This document shows positions 57,002 to 64,000 of a DNA stretch of 64,000 bases, one piece after another. This DNA is from a virus. Numbering within the stretch: the stretch's first letter is position 1; each line of letters starts with the position of its first letter. Position numbers and translations under genes: made by a program. The stretch lies in the UHGV virus genome UHGV-1353844; one strand, written 5' to 3'. The notes under the pieces are model-generated. The model saw only the letters and a program-made list of their open reading frames with translations, was not told the origin of the DNA and searched no databases.

Positions 57002-58012
57002 TTATTTTAGCATCCCTATAAATGCGACACCCGCCGCCAGATACGCAGGGACTGATTTAAATAGGTCTGACCCATCTTTACGAATGTAAGAACGAGTCTC
57101 GTAGAATTCTTTTCGTGCCTCTGCCCGAGACTTTGCTTCTAGTTCTTGTTGTTTATACGCTAGAGTCAAACGCTCCTTTTCCAAAGCCAAATTCTGTAGT
57201 TGTTTTTTGTGTTCTAATTCCAGTTTGTCTTTTGCCGAATCCAAACTTTCTAATTTTTCTCTGTATTGACTTTCCAGCTTTTCCTTTATCTCGTGAATAT
57301 CCGGTAACGTTTCTTGCCATCGAAACGCGGTGGCTGTTTCTTTATCTTTAAAAACACGGAACGGTGACAATAAGTCATCGAACTCGAAGTGAATCATCCT
57401 GCTCCCTTCTACTTTGTCTCCACCTCCGATTACCATATACACACCCGGTTCGTAATACCGTGATAGTATCGGTTGTACTTCCATGCGCGTTCCGTAGAAT
57501 CTAATCCAACGATATAGTTCGGGATCGTCGTAACGCTGCACAACAATAACACCTAATGTAAATTCAGTTCTCTCACCTCCTGGTCTTACGCTCGGTGGCG
57601 TACTTTCTAATCGAACTGGTGTAATTGAAAAAGCGAATCCTAGCTGCTTCAATACAACCAAGTCCCCACGTAATAAAGCACCGATATCGTCAACCACGTA
57701 TCGGAGTGTGACCTCTCCTTTCTCCTTTAAATCTGCACAAAATTTAGTGAATTGTTTTTCTGGTAAGACTTCTGCAAAGCCGTTCAGGTTAGCCAGATTT
57801 CCGAACGATTGATACGTTACATAAACAACAACCCCATGCTCATCAGCCGGGCTTTTGGACGGAGTTAAAATAAAGCTACCGCCACTGGTTTCAGTGACGT
57901 AAATTGGCACACCAGTATTATTCTCAAAAGTGATGAGTTTTTGTAGTCCTGACCTTTGATACAACGAACGGTCAGTAATACTGGGTACCACATCAATATC
58001 AAGACGGTTCAT
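57002..58012 (-). CDS. hypothetical protein with C-terminal coiled coil and hydrophobic anchor
   Basis: 336-aa ORF. Confidence 0.6.
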   Translation of the reverse strand: MNRLDIDVVPSITDRSLYQRSGLQKLITFENNTGVPIYVTETSGGSFILTPSKSPADEHGVVVYVTYQSFGNLANLNGFAEVLPEKQFTKFCADLKEKGEVTLRYVVDDIGALLRGDLVVLKQLGFAFSITPVRLESTPPSVRPGGERTEFTLGVIVVQRYDDPELYRWIRFYGTRMEVQPILSRYYEPGVYMVIGGGDKVEGSRMIHFEFDDLLSPFRVFKDKETATAFRWQETLPDIHEIKEKLESQYREKLESLDSAKDKLELEHKKQLQNLALEKERLTLAYKQQELEAKSRAEARKEFYETRSYIRKDGSDLFKSVPAYLAAGVAFIGMLK

Positions 58013-58106
58013 GTAAGGGCCAGATTAAGTTTTAATAATGGTACATATCTTTAGTCTTAAATGTATTTTTTCCATAAAGTCTCCTTTAAACCAACTGACA
58101 GTCTCC

Positions 58107-58124
58107 CATTGATAATATCTATCC
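58107..58124 (-). promoter_or_regulatory. promoter-like motif variant (GGATAGATATTATCAATGG)
   Basis: downstream of terminator 58138-58180. Confidence 0.35.
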
Positions 58125-58137
58125 AAAAAATAATAGA

Positions 58138-58180
58138 AAGAAAAAAAAATAAAAGGTCTAAGCCCCGAAGGGCTTAGACA
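58138..58180 (-). terminator. terminator of capsid-like gene (bidirectional)
   Basis: gtctaagcccc-gaag-gggcttagac with A-run and T-run. Confidence 0.7.
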
Positions 58181-58194
58181 CTTTTTATTCGGTA

Positions 58195-60480
58195 TTATTT
58201 ACCAGCTTTGTCTTTACCGTCGCCAGCAACATTACCTGCTACACCACCTTCGGTTTGTTTCTGACCGTTCTGTTCTACAGAAACGTTGTAAGCCAGTTTT
58301 TCTTCAACCAGTTTGGTGATGCCTTTAACCCAAATCAGACCAGTGATCGGGCAGTGGCAGATATGCGCGTTACGCGGCTGTACAGCCAGTTCTTTAGAAG
58401 TAGAACCGTTACGCTGGATGTTGATGTTGGTAACCATGATCGGAGACCAGAAGTGGTTACCCCAGTTCAGTACGCAGTAGGAACCATCGTCCGCAGTCGG
58501 AACTTTCAGGAACCATTGCAGACGACGAGTCCAGGAATCGTCAGCTGCGTTGTAGATACGCCAGCGGTCATCGTTGGTGGTAACGACTTCGTATTCATAA
58601 CGGTCGCCCAGCAGACGTTGGTCGCCCTGAACCAGCAGCAGCATAGATGCAGTCGGTTCGTCAGTTGCGATAATAACTTTCGGCAGAATGTCCGGATCAG
58701 CGGTCAGCAGGCGCAGTGCAGGAATGAAACGAGAATCCTGGATAGCCTGAGTTACCTGGCTACCGATACGCTGCAACAGACCCTGACGAGCGTTGATCAG
58801 CGCTTCTTTGGTATCCAGAGACTGAACAACTTCATCGACTTTGTAGTCAGACTCTTTGAACCACGGAGCAACCCAGTGACGGCCCAGACCACGGATGGCC
58901 GGTTTGTCCCACGGAGTGATCATCGCAGCGGCTGCGTTACGTACTGCTTCGGTGTAAGACAGCGTCTGAGTAATCGCCAGCTGTTCGTTACGGATGTTCA
59001 CCGCAGAGATCAGGTCGTCCAGACGTTCAGTGTCGTCGTATTCAACACCAACTGGAGACTTGGTCAGAATCGGAGAACCGTATTGCAGTTTGTAGTTTTC
59101 CTGTTCCCAAATTGGGTCAAGCAGCAGACCCTGGGTACGACGGTTTTCGTTGGTACGAGTACCATCGAAGCGCCAGCCCATCAGTTCGAGCTTCAGGCCG
59201 TCCAGGATAACTTTACCGGTGCCAGACTTGGTATCAACTTTGTTACCAGTTGCATCGTACAGACCTTCGATTTCCAGTTTGTGGCCGGAAATGTCTACTT
59301 TACCACCGAACTGGCCGCTGGTGAACAGGGACATGGTGATGGTGATAACGTAGCGCAGGGTGTAGGAGTTCTGACCCAGTGCTTGCAGAGCCGGAATAGC
59401 TGCACCAGTCCAGTCGGTGGTTTTCGCATTCAGAGAGAACGCGGTACGACGGAATTGCAGAACCAGTTCACGGCCGTCACCTTCAGCAGGACGCTGGAAG
59501 GTTGCGAACTGCATGTCACGAACGTGCAGTTTGATGAATTTACCCGCTCTCGCTTCTTCGGTCGGTTTACGTACAGAAATCAGCAGGCTGCCCAGAGCAC
59601 AACCCGGTGCGATTTCATCAGTTTCATCGTAACCTTCCTGAACGATACCCGGATGCGCAGACAGCTGGAACAGGTTCAGCGTGTCGTTTGCAAAGCTCAG
59701 GTAGTTAGTCGGATACGGAGGTACACGACCCAGGCGAACGGTTTCGTTCGGAACCAGTTCTTCGCTTACGAAGTATTCCTGGTTTTCACCGGTTTCCATT
59801 ACGTAAGGAACGATGTTGATCGCTTCGTCCTGGAGAACGGTGTGGTCAGTCAGTGCGTTGTGCAGCGGACGACGATGGTCTTCAACCACGTCTTTGCTCA
59901 GCAGCGCGTTCATGATACCGCGAGAAACGGTAGTCACTTTAGTACGTACGGTAATACCAACATCGTTGGTGTCAACGGTAATGGTCGGGAACAGTGTTTC
60001 AGCAAACTTGGACTGAGTTTCCAGAGCACGTACGTTCAGGGTCCAGGTCAGGCCCAGGTTTTTGTCGTAGTCTTTGTTGCTATAGTATTCCTGAGCAACA
60101 ACCATGCGCTCACGACCCCAGTCACCACCTTGCGCACCAGGGATACCAATATCCAGGTTATACTTGCTGTGGAATTCCGGCTTAGCGTATTCCTGGGCAA
60201 CACGTTCTTGCAGGTCTTTACCGTGGTTAGCTGCGCCCAGAATCATTGCGGAGGCGACAGTCGCAGCATGAGACATTTTCTTGCCGCCAAAAGCGTTGGC
60301 ATAGTGCTGTGATGCTTCGTCACGCAGAGCGCCAAATACTTTTGCGTTGCTACGTACGGACTCGCCTGCAACAATCGTATTCCACATTTCGCTGGCGGTG
60401 TTGTTGCCGATGACGTTTTGGGCCAGACTAGTACCGGCTTCTACGAGTTTCTCTAAATTAGAGATTCGGGTATCTTTCAT
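58195..60480 (-). CDS. major capsid protein candidate (jumbo-phage-sized) or other very abundant virion protein
   Basis: 761-aa ORF with extreme optimal codon bias (CTG, CGT, GGT, AAC) that generates a 685-aa antisense shadow ORF. Confidence 0.75.
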   Translation of the reverse strand: MKDTRISNLEKLVEAGTSLAQNVIGNNTASEMWNTIVAGESVRSNAKVFGALRDEASQHYANAFGGKKMSHAATVASAMILGAANHGKDLQERVAQEYAKPEFHSKYNLDIGIPGAQGGDWGRERMVVAQEYYSNKDYDKNLGLTWTLNVRALETQSKFAETLFPTITVDTNDVGITVRTKVTTVSRGIMNALLSKDVVEDHRRPLHNALTDHTVLQDEAINIVPYVMETGENQEYFVSEELVPNETVRLGRVPPYPTNYLSFANDTLNLFQLSAHPGIVQEGYDETDEIAPGCALGSLLISVRKPTEEARAGKFIKLHVRDMQFATFQRPAEGDGRELVLQFRRTAFSLNAKTTDWTGAAIPALQALGQNSYTLRYVITITMSLFTSGQFGGKVDISGHKLEIEGLYDATGNKVDTKSGTGKVILDGLKLELMGWRFDGTRTNENRRTQGLLLDPIWEQENYKLQYGSPILTKSPVGVEYDDTERLDDLISAVNIRNEQLAITQTLSYTEAVRNAAAAMITPWDKPAIRGLGRHWVAPWFKESDYKVDEVVQSLDTKEALINARQGLLQRIGSQVTQAIQDSRFIPALRLLTADPDILPKVIIATDEPTASMLLLVQGDQRLLGDRYEYEVVTTNDDRWRIYNAADDSWTRRLQWFLKVPTADDGSYCVLNWGNHFWSPIMVTNINIQRNGSTSKELAVQPRNAHICHCPITGLIWVKGITKLVEEKLAYNVSVEQNGQKQTEGGVAGNVAGDGKDKAGK

Positions 60481-60492
60481 TTGTTTAATACC

Positions 60493-61017
60493 TTAATGAG
60501 ATAAATGACATGCGTATAATTGCGTCAGCACTTCGTTAGCGGCAAACTGCGTTGAGGTACTGAAGCAGTCATCCACGACGCGAGTCTTGGTACGCATATA
60601 TTTAAAAAGTTCTGCGCAGAACATCTTTTTCGCAGCGTGGTCTTCACCCGAAGAAAAACCCGAACCGGACTTCGCTTCTGCAAATGACGCCACAATCGTA
60701 TCACCACGTTGGGTAAAGACCCAGCGTAAGCGACAAGGAATTGTTTCCCCATATAAATCGTCAAGGGAAACCTTTTCGCCTGATTCGACCAGACGTAACA
60801 CCTGATCATAATATTTACCTGGAAGTACAGGCGGAGCCATTAACGCTTTATAAATAGCAGAACGACTTACTTCAGGTATAATGATAGAACTGAAACCATT
60901 CGGACAGTCATATAACCAGTTAAAGAACCCTGCCTGGAGCAATTCTACACTTTTAACGGCAGCGCCTTTATCTATGTTAGGCTGAACTTCCCACGGTGGA
61001 CTAAAACGAATTTGCAT
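60493..61017 (-). CDS. hypothetical protein upstream of capsid-like gene
   Basis: 174-aa ORF, ATG start with SD GGAG. Confidence 0.6.
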   Translation of the reverse strand: MQIRFSPPWEVQPNIDKGAAVKSVELLQAGFFNWLYDCPNGFSSIIIPEVSRSAIYKALMAPPVLPGKYYDQVLRLVESGEKVSLDDLYGETIPCRLRWVFTQRGDTIVASFAEAKSGSGFSSGEDHAAKKMFCAELFKYMRTKTRVVDDCFSTSTQFAANEVLTQLYACHLSH

Positions 61018-61030
61018 TTAAGGATGCTCC

Positions 61031-62593
61031 ATGAATAACAAAATGATGTTGATAACCGCATTAGCCACACTATACACTGAAAGTCTGCTGACCGACCCTG
61101 AGAAGGATCACGAGGTCATAAGAAAAGTGCTGTTAGAGGCTAAGCTTCCTGATTACGTAGAGGAAGGTGACGAACGTGCCGCCCTCGTCGAAATCAAGGA
61201 TATCATCACATCCATCATAGACGGCGGTATGCCTTACGACCACACAAACGTCATGAAACGTTTGAAGTTGGCCACTACGCAAATACGTCCTCTATACGAT
61301 ACGATTACCAAATTCCTGGAAGATGATATTCCAGAAGAACCAGAAGCACGCATCGAGCATCTTAACCGTCAAGTAGCACAATACTACTTCCAATTACGTC
61401 AAGCTATTCAAGGCGTACAACTGAAACAAAAATTAGGTCGTACGTTAGGCGCACTGAACGGAACAGAAACGCGCGTTGATTTACAAACGGCGCTCAACGA
61501 CCTCAGAGATAGTCTCTCTACGTTCAGTGAACGCTCTCATAATAAGATTCCCTCACTAGTTGGTGAGCTTATTACGGATAACCGTGCACCGTTCGTACAT
61601 GTGTTCGACTCAATCAGTAAGAAAGCAGCGGGTAACGGTTTACGTACCGGATGGAAAGCCATTAACCAGATGCTGGGTTGTAACAAAGGGATTACCGAAG
61701 AACTTTGGCTGATGCCTGCACTGCCTTTTAACTGTAAATCACTTTTTAGTCTGTTGTTGTCTATCAGTATTCCGGTATTCAATACACCTGAAAAAGTAAT
61801 GGAAAACGTTAAAGGGGATTTGCAGCCGGTTATTCTCGATTTAAGTTTAGAGAACGAACTGGACGTTAACTTGGCGTATGCGTACCAAGCGCTCTACGGT
61901 CATTTTGAAGGTGAAGCGCCGGTTATGGTTGCTTCTGAAAACGCTACCGACGAAGAGAAAGCTTTGCACAACACAAAAATGTCGGACTACCTCTGTAGTA
62001 AAATGCGGGCTAACGGTTGGGAGTACATCTTTCAGAAACACACAAACTCAGATTTTAAAATACACTACTTAAACGACTTAATACTGGACTTAAAGCGTCG
62101 AGGTTATCATGTAGCTGGGATTCGCGGAGACTATTTCGGGACTATCAGTAAAGCAGGTCACGGTAACGGGATTGCCGGTAGCGACATTAAAGAAATTTAT
62201 CGTATCGCTCGAAACATCCAGGTAGTACGTAACCGTGGTTTCTTGTTAGCACCACACCAAATCTCACCAGAAGGCAAAAAATTAAAAGCGTTAGACCCAG
62301 CAAGTTTCTGTAAGAACTTGCCAGGTCGCGGTCTTTACGATAACTGCTCCAGCTTGGATAACGAAGCTGACGGTGAGATGTATTTTAACAAACGTGTTGT
62401 CAATGGGCATAGTTACTTAGAAGTACAACGTGGTAAACACCGTACAATTATCGATACTAAAGAAGCTTACCATTATACAGTAATACCTTTCCGTGAAGTT
62501 GGCATTCTGCCATGGGATTGCGATAAAGAAGAAACAGTAACTGCATCGTCGATAAACGTCTTTACAGGCGGTATGGGTGACGAACTCTTTTGA
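61031..62593 (+). CDS. hypothetical protein (divergent from 60493-61017)
   Basis: 520-aa ORF, SD aagga. Confidence 0.65.
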   Translation: MNNKMMLITALATLYTESLLTDPEKDHEVIRKVLLEAKLPDYVEEGDERAALVEIKDIITSIIDGGMPYDHTNVMKRLKLATTQIRPLYDTITKFLEDDIPEEPEARIEHLNRQVAQYYFQLRQAIQGVQLKQKLGRTLGALNGTETRVDLQTALNDLRDSLSTFSERSHNKIPSLVGELITDNRAPFVHVFDSISKKAAGNGLRTGWKAINQMLGCNKGITEELWLMPALPFNCKSLFSLLLSISIPVFNTPEKVMENVKGDLQPVILDLSLENELDVNLAYAYQALYGHFEGEAPVMVASENATDEEKALHNTKMSDYLCSKMRANGWEYIFQKHTNSDFKIHYLNDLILDLKRRGYHVAGIRGDYFGTISKAGHGNGIAGSDIKEIYRIARNIQVVRNRGFLLAPHQISPEGKKLKALDPASFCKNLPGRGLYDNCSSLDNEADGEMYFNKRVVNGHSYLEVQRGKHRTIIDTKEAYHYTVIPFREVGILPWDCDKEETVTASSINVFTGGMGDELF

Positions 62594-62697
62594 GTCTGGG
62601 GAGCTTCGGCTCCCCCTACGACCCCTTATGCGTCCCGAAAAGCAAAAAAAAACAAGACATCTAATATTTATGAACGAAAGTCAACTACTGAACTAAG

Positions 62698-62726
62698 TAG
62701 GGGGTGGTAGCACACCCCCTTTTATT
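62698..62726 (+). terminator. rho-independent terminator
   Basis: gggggtg-gtagca-caccccc followed by ttttatt. Confidence 0.6.
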
Positions 62727-62728
62727 AG

Positions 62729-62941
62729 TTAGTAGCGTTCACTCCTTTTTTCAGTGATTATCTGTGTGAAACGGTTGGTTGATGGTTTTAATCGTTTATT
62801 CGCACCGAGTTGACTATACTCGTAGATACGTTGCTGTAAATTGGTTTTTGCTGCATATTGTTCTGCAAGCATTTTGTCAGTAAAGTAGTAACCATTGTTC
62901 ATGGTATAAGCCCTCTTTGTAGGGTGATTAAAGAAATCCAT
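62729..62941 (-). CDS. small hypothetical protein
   Basis: 70-aa ORF. Confidence 0.4.
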   Translation of the reverse strand: MDFFNHPTKRAYTMNNGYYFTDKMLAEQYAAKTNLQQRIYEYSQLGANKRLKPSTNRFTQIITEKRSERY

Positions 62942-63023
62942 TACGTTTCCGTAATGGTGCTGTAAAAGGTACGCTGCACCAACAGCGTACCTTGCTTTAA
63001 CTTCTCTTTGGAAAAGTTAAAGC

Positions 63024-63056
63024 GTAAAAAGGGGTGTGACAGCACCCCTTTTTATT
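63024..63056. terminator. bidirectional terminator
   Basis: aaaaaggggtg-tgacag-cacccctttttat. Confidence 0.65.
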
Positions 63057-63060
63057 ACAC

Positions 63061-63246
63061 CTACGACCACCAACTCGGCAGGTTACTGTACGAAGCTTTA
63101 CGCTTCACAGTCCCACAGCTGGGCTGTGGTCCAGGGGCAGTAATCAGACCACGCATGGCGTAGTCGTTCATGTGTGCCTTGAACCTACTTTCCCTAAACT
63201 GTGTTAATTTCGTTTGTTTTAAAACTTCCTTACGTAAATCAGGCAT
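63061..63246 (-). CDS. small hypothetical protein
   Basis: 61-aa ORF with SD gaggt. Confidence 0.4.
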   Translation of the reverse strand: MPDLRKEVLKQTKLTQFRESRFKAHMNDYAMRGLITAPGPQPSCGTVKRKASYSNLPSWWS

Positions 63247-63362
63247 TTTGATACCTCACTTAGTGTCTTAATGTTAGGCTAACAGTTCGTTAGCCGCCTA
63301 AGTAGGGACTGCCTATACAGTCCCTACTGCTTTATCTTCTCTTTCGAAAAGATAAAGCTATG

Positions 63363-63396
63363 ATAAGGGGTGTGTCACCACCCCTTGTTTTTTTAT
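63363..63396. terminator. terminator-like hairpin
   Basis: aaggggtg-tgtcac-caccccttg followed by T7 run. Confidence 0.5.
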
Positions 63397-63554
63397 CAGT
63401 TACTTCTCCTTTCAACTATCAACTGGGTGTTTCTTGGATAAGCAACTTTGGGCTGAGTTAACGTTGGTTGCGCTATTTCACTAACCCTACGTTGAAATTC
63501 GAGCTGTTTTACGGACAACTCGTTTAACCTTTGAAACAACTGTTCATGTTTCAT
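63396..63554 (-). CDS. small ORF of 52 aa not in the ORF track (MKHEQLFQRLNELSVKQLEFQRRVSEIAQPTLTQPKVAYPRNTQLIVERRSN)
   Basis: ATG at 63554 preceded by SD AGGAG; stop abuts terminator hairpin. Confidence 0.3.
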   Translation of the reverse strand: MKHEQLFQRLNELSVKQLEFQRRVSEIAQPTLTQPKVAYPRNTQLIVERRSN

Positions 63555-63581
63555 GAACTTTTCTCCTATGTTGAAGTTGCG

Positions 63582-63636
63582 AAAATAAATAAAGTGTACC
63601 CCTAATCCCGAAAAGGATTAGGGGTTGCTTTTATTT
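63582..63636. terminator. bidirectional terminator
   Basis: cccctaatcc-cgaaaa-ggattagggg with flanking A and T runs. Confidence 0.65.
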
Positions 63637-63969
63637 AATCGCTACGTATTGAACATGACCACATTCCTTACATTGCACGTTGGCTTGCGGGAATGTTAGG
63701 CCGGTTAAAGGAACACGGATTCGATACTGTGCACCACATTCTTCACAAACAAAATCGTGTTCTGGATAAACACGACCTTTCAATTTCTCATCCTTCCTTA
63801 ACGTTTCAGCCAGGAAATGCATGGCTCCTAACGCTTCATTAATCTGCTGTTCCCATTCACCGTCTAACGGATATGCGAACGCTCGAATCAACGTTTCCAC
63901 CATCTCCGGTTTATTGCTCACGTAGACGTGTTTCAATTCAAACTCTACGCGTTGTAGACCGAACAGCAC
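63631..63969 (-). CDS. protein with C-terminal zinc-ribbon (CxxC...CxxC); reading frame stays open to window end so likely 5'-truncated here
   Basis: CEECGAQY...CKECGHVQY; listed start is GTG and no stop upstream to 64000. Confidence 0.5.
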   Translation of the reverse strand: MLFGLQRVEFELKHVYVSNKPEMVETLIRAFAYPLDGEWEQQINEALGAMHFLAETLRKDEKLKGRVYPEHDFVCEECGAQYRIRVPLTGLTFPQANVQCKECGHVQYVAIK

Positions 63970-64000
63970 ACGTGCAGTTACCGTTACATTATCTAACGTT

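Noticed and set aside
58255-60312. 685-aa plus-strand ORF
   Set aside because: Antisense shadow of the highly codon-biased 761-aa minus-strand gene; the minus frame has a proper start, SD and terminator, and the plus-strand product is of atypical low-complexity composition
1-64000. tRNA, rRNA, CRISPR array, integrase, transposase or inverted-repeat-bounded mobile element
   Set aside because: No T-loop consensus (GGTTCGAATCC-like) or cloverleaf candidates were found in the few intergenic gaps, no regularly spaced direct repeats, and no recombinase-like ORF; the window reads as contiguous lytic phage genome

Overview
The window reads as a gene-dense (about 95% coding) segment of a large lytic enterobacterial phage, with no integrase, transposase, tRNA, rRNA or CRISPR array detected by eye. 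About 80 protein genes are supported; most lie on the minus strand in tightly packed, often 1-nt-overlapping operons separated by GC-rich tetraloop terminators. A recurring intergenic motif with core TATATTAC followed by a hairpin marks candidate phage promoters; together with a 761-aa highly codon-biased capsid-like gene and a 905-aa portal-sized gene, this suggests a jumbo phiKZ-like phage, as inference only. Recognisable modules: (1) a plus-strand island at 65-4282 with two tandem radical SAM enzymes (at least one with a SPASM-type C-terminal Cys cluster) and two unknown partners; (2) a cell-wall cluster (M15 peptidase, DUF1353-like, GH108 lysozyme) beside a plus-strand lipoprotein moron; (3) a host-recognition module with a 1488-aa tail fibre carrying a C-terminal self-cleaving chaperone domain, a 1001-aa enzyme-like protein separated from a fibre-type N-terminal anchor ORF by a single in-frame TAA, Gly-rich putative tip proteins and a six-member paralog family; (4) a nucleotide/DNA module with Dam methylase, dTMP kinase, two GNAT acetyltransferases, an HslV-like peptidase, a SLOG/DprA-like protein and a RuvC-like resolvase; (5) a head-type block at 46.5-61 kb. 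The leading candidate for a previously undescribed system is the radical SAM island, followed by the split anchor/enzyme pair; most proteins have no assignable function. Starts from the ORF track can be GTG/TTG and are approximate.
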